The notes under the pieces: model-generated
What the model saw: only the letters and a program-made list of their open reading frames with translations
Databases searched by the model: none
What the model was told of the DNA's origin: nothing
Made by a program: the position numbers and the translations under genes
Shown: positions 33,285-45,446 of the stretch, one piece after another
Layout of the letters: each line of letters opens with the position of its first letter
Numbering within the stretch: position 1 is the stretch's first letter
NCBI GenBank assembly: GCA_965649825.1
Contig: OZ287695.1
Span: forward strand, 682,001 to 746,000
Reading direction: 5' to 3'
Origin: Penicillus capitatus
Taxonomy: Eukaryota > Plantae > Chlorophyta
DNA length: 64,000 bases

Positions 33285-36200
33285 CTACGTGCGGAATATT
33301 CCGTTGTTTCCATTCTGAATGTCTGCTCCGTCGACTGGTGTGACCATGAGCTGCGTCATTGACTGTTCTCTCGACGAGACGTTCCCCAACGTCATCTTTT
33401 CGTTTGACATGCAACAGGAATCTTTGATCTTCCTCAACGAAATCGCCAGACCCGCTGCAAAGAAGGAGGCGATCCACACAATCGGCCAGTGGTCTTCCAA
33501 GAAGAGAACGATGAGCGTAATCGCCATCTGCCAGATCTGCATTGGGGCACCAAACTTGACGAAATCGATGATCGTGTATCCGCCCGAAGCAAACACCATC
33601 AGGTTCGTCTGATACCCGAAGGGAGACATAAAGGCAGAGGACGCGCCCAGCATCAGCAACGCCGCCATGCGGTTCAGAGAGATGTCGTTCTCTGCGAAAC
33701 AGCACATCGGAACCGAACCGAGTGGAGACGTAGAAGTTACGTTTGGCGACGTTCATGGCAACGGGAAACATCAGCGCCGCCACTGCGTTGTTCGCCACGA
33801 GATTGGACAGCAACATCGTGGCGAAGTAGATGGCGAACATCACGAAGAAATTTCCTCCGATGGCTTTCCCTGCCAGACAGCGCCGCCGTTCGTTTCAGCC
33901 AGACTCAAGAATGGCACCTGCGGAGACCAGGCTGTCTGCGATGAGACTGGCAACGTCGCTGTTCTCGATGCCAGTGCTGACGCCAAACGCAGCAGCAACG
34001 GTGATGATGACATCCCACTTGACGGAGGCCCTGGCCTGCTCGCCCGTCAGGCACTGCGCCATCAGCATGATGGCAGACGTGATCAAAGCGGCGGTGATCA
34101 ACTCCACAAACGTGCGATCGAACGCCACGCCCACCAGCTGAGACAAGACCATCGCCGCCAGCGCCAGCATCGCCACCAAGGCGCGATCGAATCTGAAAAC
34201 AAAGATGCTGGACGGGGTCATCGCAGTGCACGGCACATCGCACCTTGGAGTGTGGCTATTGGCCACTTCCGAGACGAGGGCAAAATTCCGGTTGTTTCTG
34301 TTTTCGATAACGAACTGGGCACCCGTATCGAGAAGCAGAACATCGCCTCCTCGGAGGACGATGTCTCCAATCTTCTCCTTCAGTCGATGACCTTGGCGAT
34401 GGACACCTGCGTCGACGCCATCTCCTCCGCTCTCTCAGAGGCAGGCAACTCACCGATGATTGCTGCGTGGAATCGCGTGCGGAATCGACTTTCTCTCACT
34501 GTCTTTCCGGCCTGGTGACAACAGCACGGGAGCACAGGTTGAAAGAGGTGACGGTCCTGACCAGAACGGAGATCGGGGAGATGACGGCCTCGACGAGCCT
34601 TCTCTCTTGATGCGAGTGATTCAGCTTCTTCACTTGGTTTCCGTGCGGAACGAGACCGGCGATCTTTCGAAGGGAGGCGACACTCTCGAGCACTCCAGAG
34701 AACCAGAGAACATCTCCTGCCTCCAGAATCTCCGTCGGCGATACGGCCGGAATCCGATGACCCGTTCGGCGTTCGATCTCCACCAAGTACAGCTGATGCA
34801 GTCCGCGCAGACCTGCCTTCTCAATGGACTTGTTCACGAGCTACGTGGCACGTCATCAGCAGATGCCGGTGCTGGATGGGCACTTGACTGGGCCGCGGGG
34901 TTCGACTTCCATAGCCACCATGAACTCCCTCTCGGATTTGGCATCGGACTTCCTAATGTTAACCAGATTCGCCGTCACATCGTCTGAGTGTTCGTCGAAG
35001 GACTGAGAAAGGCAAGCAGTTTAGCCGAGCATTGAAGGGCGGACGGGTGGCTCACGGGGGAGCAATCGAGGACGAGGACGTCTTTGGCTTGCAAGATGAT
35101 TTTCCCCAGCGTCCCTGGGACCTTCTTTCCGTTTCTGGAGACAGCCAGAATAGCCTGAAAACAGAGGATCAGTGTCCAGAAATGCAAGCGGGTGCTTCTC
35201 AACAGCTTGGAATCTGGAACGAAAACCGACGTCTTTGACACTGTGTCCGACAACTGGAGCATCCTCTGCGATCTAATCAACTCTCGAAACTGAAGGAAAC
35301 TGTCTTGCGATGCGTTTCAGAGGACCTCTGCTTGTAACAGACGGTTAAGAGGGGCAACACTGGGACGGTCGAGCACGGGTGGCGTCTGTAGACTGGTGGA
35401 CGGGGGAATCCATTGCTGACGGTGGTATCGCTCAATCTCCTCGTTGAAGGCATTCGGAGAATTCAGCGACGGAGATCGTCGAACGGGAGAACCCAACAAG
35501 GCCGGCATCAATCTTGCACAGCACGGCATCAGTCCATGAGCTCAAGACACTCAGTGTCAGGACATACTGTTCGGTTTCGTCTGTAACGGGTCGCAGCGCA
35601 AAGGTGTCGACAAGGTTCTGCAGTCCGTCCATGACACCTGGCACCACATTATCGCCTCCGCGGCGCACGGAATGGAAGGCACCTGTGAAGTAGAGGATGT
35701 CCTGCGAAGCAATGACGAACTCTGGACCCACGGCACTGATGATGTGCTGTCCACGTCTGCCGGACAGTACGGTGCCTTAACTCGAGGCATGCTTCGAGCT
35801 CATACCTGACGGATGCGAGAAAGAGTCCATCTAGACCGCGCAGACCAGCTTCGTCGACCGTGCAGCCAACTGCACGCGAATGATCCGTGACCTCCAGTCC
35901 AACGAGGAAGGAACTCTGGGCATCTAGAAGAAGAGAAAGCTGGAAGGAGTGCATTGCAGCGTCTGCTCAACATTGCACTTGGTTTTGAGCGAGGCCAGGG
36001 AGAAGCAACGGAGAAAAGAGATACATGTAGATGAGTCCACCGACGGCGACGGGGACGCCGAACTTGCCGATGTCGAAGAAGCTCTGCTTGGGTATCTGCT
36101 CACCCTCTTCGGCACTTGCCGCCATGTCGTCAATCAGACCTAAAAAGCGCACAAACAAACGCGTTTCGTCTCGCACCCGTCGCCTGTGCACCTGCCACGA

Positions 36201-36831
36201 CCAGATTGGTCGACGTGCCGATCAAAGTGCAGGTTCCGCCGAGCATCGATGCGAAACTCAGTGGGATGTACAGCTGCAGGGAAGGCATCTGAACAGGGTT
36301 CGTCATCGAAATGGTGTGCCTACCTGTCCTGCAGGGAGATGGGATCTCTGGCACCACACCTTGACGATGGGAATCATGATGGCCACCACTGGTGTGTTGT
36401 TCATGAAGGCGGAGAGGATGGTCACGGGAAGCATCATGCGCATCATAGCCGACCCCGTATTCGTCGGATTCCCTAAGACGACTTGGAAGAGAGCGTCCAG
36501 ACATCCCGTTTCTGAGATGCCCATCGCCACAACGAAAAGCACTGGTGGAAAACGTCCATTGCCGACGCTTCGTCAATCGCCGGCTCACCTGCGACAGTCA
36601 GAGGTGCTTCGTTGGAGAATCCCGCCAGTCCCTCATCCACGCTGATGATGCGCGTCACCATGAGCACAGAGAGAACACCTATCGGCAAGAACGTTATCCA
36701 TCTGCTTGAAGAAGAAGGGACGGCTGACCTAAGAAAACGAAATCTGCGCCCGCCCAGTCTTTGAAGAGAATGACAATCGCCACGACGATGCATAGAATAG
36801 CAACGGCAGAATCCAAACCAAACTCAGCCAT
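33285..36831 (-). CDS. SLC13/CitMHS-family anion transporter with TrkA-C domains (SAC1/SLT-like sulfate transporter type), multi-exon
   Basis: Motifs LAGFSNEAPLTV, SAFMNNTPVVAIMIP, PLSFASMLGGTCTLIGTSTNLVV, TrkA-C segments (GLRGL..LYLVEIER), VANNAVAALMFP, SSAFMSPFGYQTNLMV and DFVKFGAP. Confidence 0.9.
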
Positions 36832-38733
36832 GACAGCCAAGATAACCCGGAGACAAATAGAAGGTTAAATCTCAACTGTCGTACATAAGGAATTCTTAAA
36901 CAACGCGTCCGTCACATGTCCGACTCCGTGCCCGCGGCCTCGAGGAGAGGGAAGCAAAAGGTTTGCCATCTTGAACCAGCAGAGTCACATCAGCATGGAC
37001 ATAGAGAGACTGTGTCCGTTGTGCACTGAAGTATTCAGGGTACTAGAACTCGATCTGCTTGTCTTTATCTGCCAGTTGGCCACCATGCGTGCAGTGATTC
37101 CTGCCACTTCAGATCGTTGCACTTTGATCGGCAACTCTTGTGCCTTTTGCTGTTCTTCTGAAAACACCGCTTGCTGATGCGATGGCGATTCAGTTGACAC
37201 AGGATTTGCTCATGGTGAGAACGGCAGATGAATTCATCATGGGTATCTGTACGGAAGCAGCGCAGTTTTATATCTCCCGTTTTCATCGAGGTTCAATACA
37301 GAAGTGTCATCGTTTTGTCACAACAACAGATACAGCATCCAAAAGCCAAAGCGTCGAGAGCGTTGAATGAAATCCAAAGCGCGGTTCCGATAAACATAAC
37401 GAACGCTGTGGCTGGATCAGATGTGACCGTGATCTGACAACACCTTTTCATTTAAAAACAAAGTCTGAAGATTGAGTGACATGCATCATCGGCGAGGATC
37501 GTGGCAAAAACACGTGTTCCTCGTTGTCCACTGCCATCATGTCAATTAGCAAAAAAGTGTATCCGGGAAGAAACTTCCGTTTTCCCTTATCTAGTTTTTA
37601 TGAATTGCGAGTAATAAACAAGACGGACGAAAGGAGTACTCTTGCAGCCAAGGCTGGTTAACAGATGACTCCAATAAACGCCAAGAGATTCTGCCGGAGT
37701 TCATCCGTCCGCCTTTTGCAGTCAGAAACACACGTAGACATGAAGCCCTCGCGATCACTGTTCGGTGTCATCAGCTACAACGCGCAAGAATCCGTGAGAG
37801 CCTTGAGGATAAGGAGAGGAATCATCAGATGGAGTTCGCTGGGTGCAGGGACGTCGTCAGTTTTTATGCGTGCCAGCAAGTGTGGCAAGGAGATGAAAGG
37901 TATGGCTGACTCGTCGTGGTCGTGCCGCGTCCATCGTCTGCCCGACACGGACATAAGCTCCGCACGAGCGCCAGCTCTTGTCTATCTTGATATTTCGCTC
38001 AAGCGTGATGCAGACAAACCACATAACGAGGAAGAAAAAACACGTTGTTGATTGTTGGGCAGCGTTCGCAAAAACAGACTTCTTCGACGGGGCAGGCGGC
38101 ACAACTTTGCCCGACCTTGGTGCAGACAGACTGTGCGAATGGCGTGAAAGGATTACCCGCGTCTACTACTCCTGGACTGTCCACTGATACAATGACAGTG
38201 CAGAAGCAATCCCACCAAGAGACTCGATTAGCCGCTTACATTAACGCCTCGGTTGGAAATCCGACGGCTAGTCGAACCTCTATCGTCTATTTGTCACCGC
38301 TTGCACACGTAGATGCACGTACGTTTAGCAAGCGCTACGCCCATGCCTGCAGCGTGCAACTAGAAGGAGTAACATTGCTATCGAAAAGAGACCGGTCATG
38401 TCATTAAGCGTCCGCTTTCGATGGCAGAGGAGATTCGCCGGAGGTAGCCGCGGCCTGCCTCGTACACGGACGTGGAGATCCTCGTGCACAGGCGAAGGCG
38501 AAGGGAACACGACGACTCGACCCTTCAGCGATTTCATGATGCAACGAGGCAGAGGTCACATCGTCGGCTTCAAGGCAGCGTTCTTCAAAAAGTTGACAAT
38601 GGCTCTGTACAATGACGATTCTATGGTTCGTAAGAATCTCACACTGAAGCAGAAGATAAATTGACATGGAACTGTGTTCGTCAGCGGAAACGAGCTTTGA
38701 GTGTCAGGAACCGAAGCCTTGTTTTCTTTCACG

Positions 38734-39708
38734 ATGCAACGTCGACGTGCTTTGCAGGCGCTGCTGCTGATTGTTATGTACAGTGCCTTGTCACATCAAG
38801 GCAGAGCGCAGTTCGAATACGAGTCAGACATTTCCAGCTGGCCGCGGTTGAAACGACAGACGGGATACCGAACCGAGTCGGGGAGATACCGAGGGGGTCT
38901 CTACGAGAGCGCCAGAGACGAAGAACGCGAATTCTATCGCTGCCTCCAAGACAACAAGGCATTTTGCACAGAGTGGTCGACGCGAGAAGCGGGCGGCGGA
39001 GAAGTCGAACATGGACGTTGTCTCTGCCGAGAGAAGACCGGCACGTACTGTCCAATGTGGACGTGCAGTCAAATAGAAATTGGATTCGGCAGCCACTGCG
39101 ATGGAGATTGCGCGGATACCGTCCACGGTGAAGCGACAACGTGCGTCTGCGACAAGGCCTCTATGAACAAAAGGCACTGTGAAGAATGGAGCTGTGTCGA
39201 GACAGGCACAGACGGAGTAGTGGAAAATGAGGAGTACCGCTGCTTGAAGGAGGACGAGAGCGGCGAGTTCTGCTTCCGCTGGAAAGGAGACATCACTTCG
39301 GACAAGGAAGTCGAATCATCCGTCTGTCAGTGTACGGAGAGAAAAGATCGTTACTGCGAAGTGTGGGAGTGTGTTGAGCGTGGACTCGTTCGATGTTCGA
39401 AGCATGGTGCGTGGTGCCATTTCTGGATTGGTGTTTTTGTCGCTGGGGGAATCGGACTGTTTTTCCTTACCGTCGGCGGAATGATTGCTGGAGGCGCACT
39501 CTTCTTTGGCGGAGACAAGACTTCTTCTGTCTGCGGCTATCTGTGTGGTCTTTTGTTTGGATTGCCTTGGATTGCTGGTGTTGTTATCTGGGGAGGTGAA
39601 CGTGCATGGCCATATGTTGTTCCGGTTTGGGGGATCGCTATCTTCCTTCCTCTTTTCTTTCTCGTGCTGAAACGGTGTTTCATACCGTCATCGCCTCCGA
39701 CGATATGA
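38734..39708 (+). CDS. Cys/Trp-rich membrane protein, member 2
   Basis: Close paralog of 13690-14658 with all module cysteines retained. Confidence 0.87.
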   Translation: MQRRRALQALLLIVMYSALSHQGRAQFEYESDISSWPRLKRQTGYRTESGRYRGGLYESARDEEREFYRCLQDNKAFCTEWSTREAGGGEVEHGRCLCREKTGTYCPMWTCSQIEIGFGSHCDGDCADTVHGEATTCVCDKASMNKRHCEEWSCVETGTDGVVENEEYRCLKEDESGEFCFRWKGDITSDKEVESSVCQCTERKDRYCEVWECVERGLVRCSKHGAWCHFWIGVFVAGGIGLFFLTVGGMIAGGALFFGGDKTSSVCGYLCGLLFGLPWIAGVVIWGGERAWPYVVPVWGIAIFLPLFFLVLKRCFIPSSPPTI

Positions 39709-40379
39709 CGATTGACAGCTGTCGTTGTGCGTTTATTCGTCTAACTTTAGTTCTGTCGTCATGTTGCATATGACGGTAATATGCTGCTACTTGAAAAGCC
39801 AGGACACAGATCCAATTTCTTAGAGATGTCGCATGAGAAGGATCTTCGTAGGACGAAAGACCTAACATTCAGTCTTTTAATGACCTACCTCATTCAGCGT
39901 TTGTGTGTAGCTGATTATCGCGAACAAACGCAATGAACAATCACGTACGATTTCGGACGTTTACTGTAGATGTCAAAGTCACATCGTTCGCTTTCAGACA
40001 ATTCCGTCAAGAGGGCTGCTTAACTGCACCGTGAGAGATGACATTCTCATTGGTCATTCCATTTTCAGACGCGAATCTGTCGACAGATACGTACGTCTAG
40101 CTTATCGACTGACAAAACAGATTCTTACTTCCAAGGAATCTGTACTCCCTTATCCTTTGAATTCAAGATCGATGCACATTCGACGCATCGGTCTTCGTAT
40201 TTTGCGTCTGGTTCTGCTCGAAGGACGACATGATTTCGAACAGAGATGTTGAATTGACGATCTTCCAGCGCCAGGACCAGAGGACATCTGTTTTACGATA
40301 TGCGACCACACAATGATCGCGGATTTACTCTGTGTTCGACGCACAAATGTGGATGCTCTGTCTATTGTTTATGTGTCTG

Positions 40380-40500
40380 GTCTTCATGTTGGTTTGCCGA
40401 GGAATCGCAAGCGTTGTCATTTGGGAAGGCGTTGATACAATGATATACGCCCCTCCTGTTGTGTTGGGGTCTTCAGCGTCGATTCTCTGCCTTCTCTCAC
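40380..40500 (+). pseudogene. Remnant 3' (TM) fragment of a Cys/Trp-rich family gene
   Basis: IASVVIWEGVDTMIY matches VASVVVIWEGVDAMIY of the 43091 copy; an inverted counterpart lies at ~12920-13020. Confidence 0.55.
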
Positions 40501-41024
40501 GTTCTTCTCTCTGTTATCATGTTCTGTCCAAGATTGGAGTTTACTAAGAAAGAAAGTGTGACGGAAGGCAGAGAATGGAATTTCGTCCCTCAAATAGGAG
40601 AAATAGAAATCTGACGCGCGTCTTTGTCTTCGATTTGGCTTTCTGAATTTAGGACTGATGCATTGCTAATGTGCTCCAGACCAGTTCGTCAGTTTAGAGG
40701 CTAAGCAGTTACTCGTCCTTTTGAACCATATGCATTTCCTTGTCGTCTGTATATAGAGTACTTCTGGACACGTGTCGAGAGGGGAATGTCGCGGTGTGCT
40801 CGTTCGCTAGTAGAGGCACACTGTAGTGCATCATCTGTCACATCGCGAAGTTTTCTAGAGTTTACATCATCCTTGAAAGCTGCATCGTCATGCATAGCAA
40901 TCGAATATTCGCATTTAAAGAATTGCTCTCATTTTGTGTTCGGGTATAAAATGATGCTCACATTGCAACAGCAGAAGTCGACATATCTCTTGTCGCTGAG
41001 GGTTGGGATTGAGGTTTCGTCAAG

Positions 41025-42230
41025 ATGCTTCTCAAACGCGTTCTGGTGTTTATTGTACTCTCAATGCTCTTTAATGTCTCTTCTTGCCGGTTTCATCGTG
41101 GCACCCGACGCAGTTTTGGTAAGGAAATCCCAAAAAACCTGACTCCGAAGACACCGAAGATCTCACTCCCTCCTGCTGTTACTGGAATCCCTAAAGGCCT
41201 GACACCGAAGATCTCACTCCCTCCTGTTGCCACGGGGGGAGTTCCTGTCGACCTGACGTCGAAGACGCCGAAGACCTCACGCACTTCTTCTATTACGGCA
41301 GTCCCTGGAGGTCTGATTCTAACGAAATCAACAACCACTGTTTCTAGCGCGCGAAAGTCCAAACGCCGTTCCAAGACATCCGTGGACCGTATTGTGGATC
41401 CAGCGAAGAAGACGTCGAAGAAAACGAAAACAGACCAGCCAAGAAACGGAGAACGAAAAGACATAAAGACAGAATGCAACCTTGTCGAGAAAGGTTACGC
41501 GATCTACAGCTGTGTCAGCGAAACCGAGATGTATTGCAATGGATGGTCGACGAAACGCGTGAAGCTGGAACGATGTCATTGCGCGAAGTAGAGGAGGCCC
41601 CGTCTCACCGTGTGCTCAACAAAGTGGTGTCAGGAAGATCAGTGCAACCTCGACAGTGATGTCTGTCACTCGAAGGACATCCCGATCAAACCGACAAATT
41701 GCAGATGCGAGAATCCGTCCTCTGATGGGACGTATTGCGAGCAATGGAGCTGCATCGAGTCCATCACGGGAAGGGACTATCGCTGCTCAGAGAACCACGA
41801 CAGCGGCCTCTTTTGTTTTGAGTGGGAAGGCAACAGCACTGTGAATGATTCGAAGAAATCTCCTGGCTGTTTTTGTCTCGGCGTCGAAGGAGATTCTTTC
41901 TGCAAAGAGTGGTGGTGCGGCGATGCCGGAATCAAAATCGACTGCCGAGAAGGCAACGGCAAAGGCAAACGCAGGAACAAGAAATCCGATTAAGATGCCT
42001 ACAGAGGGGGACTGTGCTTTTCTTTTTTTCGTCGTAAAAGACATCTTAACGTTGCTTGAAAGATTCTGGGAGTATGGTATTACAAGATGGCTTACAGCTC
42101 CAAGGGTGTGGGTTCATTGCCGTTTGGTGTGGGGCTCTTGGGTGTGACCGCATTTCGTTCTAACATGAGCCGTCATCTGTTGCAATTACCTGCAGTGTTC
42201 TGACGCCTCAGTTGCGTTACTGGAGAAGGA
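41025..42230 (+). pseudogene. Cys/Trp-rich family member with Pro/Thr/Lys-rich N-terminal extension, disrupted
   Basis: Signal peptide MLLKRVLVFIVLSMLFNVSSC resembles member 3. In-frame TAG at 41589-41591, modules continue to TAA at 41993, then frameshifted TM remnants. Confidence 0.7.
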
Positions 42231-43090
42231 CACTGGACAAAGAAGCTTCGATGGACAAACAAACAAACTCTCTCTCCCTCTAGCCAAAAGAGAAAAAGGG
42301 GCATTTGATTGGACAACTGAGTTCGACCAAAGAAGACTCGTATATGAGTGGGTTCATTACATTGTTTCCTCGGTCAAGGGAGTTAAGGGGATTCTGTGTT
42401 CGAATAAACGTAAGAATGGCTTATCAGAAGGAAACATGCTTAAGTGGAACGGTTCCTGTTCATTGTCTCCACTTTCATTTTATCTCTGTCGCTTTGTTGA
42501 ATCCGTCTTGCATTCGAATACGCATTGAATGAAGGATCTGGATGCAGTTGCTATGGCAGTTTACCAAAAGAAGAGAGCAAATCTGGCAAACGTTTTTCTT
42601 TTGTAACACGCTGTCGCCGTGTTGCATGACATTGTTGTTACCCGCTATCTTACTTTCTACACAAGTGTGCTGCGGAAACAGACATTGGCAGAATTCGCGC
42701 AAAAAAGGAATCCATTAAAACACAGATCCGTTAAAAGACAGGGAAGCTCACTTGTTTGCCAGATCTGGTGTGACTGATTGTCACACCTTTATCTAACACC
42801 GTCCTGGAGCACATACGAATAGTGTTTGGTGATGAGGGGGTAAGTCGTACGGGCGAGGTTCTGTTTCTCTCACTTGAGCGAATTGGACGCGGTGCCTTCG
42901 AAGGACGATCTCGCTCTTCGGTGAATGAACTGCCAGGTGACGATTCGGATTCCAAAGATGTGATCTGTCCTTCTTTCATTGTGAAACGAGTCATTTACAA
43001 CACGTGGCCCTTGTTCAAGTGGCTGATATGCGTTATGCACTGCCACTATAATCCCTTTAAATGATGATGATGACTTTCCTAGGTAGGTGA

Positions 43091-43870
43091 GTCATCCGAA
43101 CGCCAGAACCAAAGAAACGCGCCTCAGATGACTCAACCAGCGTCCCCCCACCGCATGGACCTCACGAAAACAAGACAATAGTCCCATCGCCGGGCGACAG
43201 AGAGGACGTCGGTCTCTACTGCTCAAGCTGGACTTGCAGTCTGGCGGAAATAGGGGTCCGCAGATCCACGGATGACGATGACGATGATGAATTAATCGTC
43301 CATGGTGAAGTAACAAGATGTCTTTGCAGCAAAACATCACCGAACGCGAACTACTGCGACGAATGGCACTGCACAGAAACGGACACGGACGGGGCTCCAG
43401 AAGACGAGCACTACCGCTGTCTGGAAGAGGACGAGAGCGGCGAGTTCTGCTTCCTCTGGAAAGGAGACTTCACTTCGAGTACAGAGATTGATTCATCCGT
43501 CTGTCAGTGCGATGAGAGGAGAGGGCGTTACTGCGAATCGTGGCAGTGCGTGGAGCATGGACGCGCTCGTTCTTCCAAGCATCACCATGGATGGCGCAAT
43601 TTCTGGGTTGGCAGAGGCATTGGACTCGTGTTTCTTCTCGCTGGATGCATATTCTGCTGTATCGGCTTTCTTACTGGTCGTCCACACTCGATCAGACAAG
43701 ATAAGCTGCGCACATGTGTGTTAGGTCTTTTTCGTGAGCTGCCATTGGTCGCTAGTGTTGTTGTCATCTGGGAAGGTGTAGATGCAATGATTTACGTCCT
43801 TCCATTGTGGGGATTCGTGATACTGCTCCCCTGTCTGGCCTTTGTGCCTTATCTCCACATCGCTCTCTGA
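43091..43870 (+). pseudogene. Cys/Trp-rich family member, 5'-truncated
   Basis: Open frame from 43091 (after TGA, no ATG) encodes YCSSWTC, YCDEWHC, EHYRCLEEDESGEFCFLWKGD, YCESWQC and TM segments. An unseen upstream exon cannot be excluded. Confidence 0.7.
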
Positions 43871-44444
43871 CGTAGACCGCGTTTCGCCATTAATTTTAAT
43901 CCGGTCAAGTGAAGAGGAGAAAACAGATAAACCACCACTGTGCGTCAGACTGAGGAAATAGTCTACCTGGCATGGTGTCGATTTAGCTTTGGTTCTCTGC
44001 TTAAGAATGCTGTTAACTCAGGTTTATGCGTCCGAAAATTTTCAGTCACTGCAAATGCAGCTCAATTACTGATTTGAGTTTAGAAACATCTACGCTTGAC
44101 AGTTCAATTATTGGTTTTCGTTTAGGAACATCCACGCCTCATTCGATTCTTGTCCAAATAAACGATTCATGAATTCGTTCTAACTGGTAGATAGAGTGTA
44201 CGATACTCTTGTTGATTTGACCCTTCCAAACAAGTCTGTTGTTATACTGTAAATGTTACATCTCCAAGTTTACGCGACTCGTAGCTTCTCGAAAAAAATG
44301 GTCTTGACGTGTCCAGCTTCCTCCGTCCGCTTCGGGGAAACTGTTCTCGCACTTTTTTGGCTATAAAGCCGGCGATAGTGTTTGCGTACAAACTGACTTA
44401 TTTCTTTTTTCTCGGCGAAGGTTGACGTTCCTGTTTTTGTTTTG

Positions 44445-45446
44445 ATGCTTAACCGACGTGTTCTAACGATTCTTATACTCTCTAAGCTCTTCGGTGTCGC
44501 GTCTTGTCAGAGGTCGGTTGTCTTCACCAGGAGGACTCTTTCCAACAGAAAGGCGCAGTACAAACCAAGCCGGCATTCACTAGGAAACGATGATTCGCCA
44601 TTGCTTGAAGAGGACAGTTCGAGTCCGTGTCGGTCAGTGTCCAAAACAGAACACCGTTGCCTCGAAAAGAACAAAACGTTGTGCACGGAATGGTCGACAG
44701 GAGAATTAGAGCGAGGACGTTGCTTCTGTTGCCACCAAAGCGGTCTCTATTGCTCTCTCTGGATTTGCCCTCATAAGGGAATCGAACCTAGCACCACTCA
44801 CCATAACCGTGATCGCTGCATCGAGATATCTGAAAACACCACCAGATGCAGCTGTTTCAATGCATCCTCGAAGAAGGACTATTGCGAAGAGTGGTACTGT
44901 ACCGAGTCCGCCGTAGACGGAAGTCTGCAATACGAGTATTACAGCTGCCAGGAAGCAAACAAGAGCAGCGGCATTTGTCTCCACTGGAAAGAAGACATTC
45001 GTGAGAATGGAGATGGCGAATCGTCCGACTGTCACTGCAAAAGGAAAGGAGATGGCTTCTGCAAACGGTGGAACTGCACCAGACGCGCCCGGTGTCCTGA
45101 CGACGAAGAGCACCGTCACTCGATGGTCTGGTTGATAGCAGGAGGCGGTGGACTTCTGTTCTTCGCTGCGGGTTGGATCCTGGCGTACGACGAAGAATTC
45201 CTCAAACATTGGTACCCCAAAGGCTGCTTGGCGCTCGGACTGTTGTGGTTCATCGCTGTTTTCCGTTATGGGGCTACCCAACTGTGGCCGTTTTTCGTCG
45301 TAGGATGGGTGCTCATCATGTTTATTCCCTACCTCGTTCTGAAGACTCGGTCTTGGTTGCTGAAAAAGAACGCGACAAACCAGGAGTCATCAGACGGAGG
45401 ACAAACGCCTCAGAATGAAACAGAAAGCGATTGCACCAACGATTGA
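44445..45446 (+). CDS. Cys/Trp-rich membrane protein, member 3
   Basis: Intact ORF with signal peptide, modules LCTEW, YCSLWIC, YCEEWYC, ICLHW, FCKRWNC and three hydrophobic segments. Confidence 0.85.
   Translation: MLNRRVLTILILSKLFGVASCQRSVVFTRRTLSNRKAQYKPSRHSLGNDDSPLLEEDSSSPCRSVSKTEHRCLEKNKTLCTEWSTGELERGRCFCCHQSGLYCSLWICPHKGIEPSTTHHNRDRCIEISENTTRCSCFNASSKKDYCEEWYCTESAVDGSLQYEYYSCQEANKSSGICLHWKEDIRENGDGESSDCHCKRKGDGFCKRWNCTRRARCPDDEEHRHSMVWLIAGGGGLLFFAAGWILAYDEEFLKHWYPKGCLALGLLWFIAVFRYGATQLWPFFVVGWVLIMFIPYLVLKTRSWLLKKNATNQESSDGGQTPQNETESDCTND

Larger units (their letters stand above)
38410..40800. repeat. Inverted duplication, arm B
   Basis: Partner of 12590-14980. Confidence 0.88.

Noticed and set aside
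41589-41591. TAA/TAG-to-Gln genetic code (known in some ulvophytes) as explanation for in-frame TAG and frequent TGA stops
   Set aside because: Gln codons in clear exons are CAA/CAG, long ORFs lack internal TAR, members C and D and the polyprotein end in TAA, and the 41025 copy has further frameshifts.
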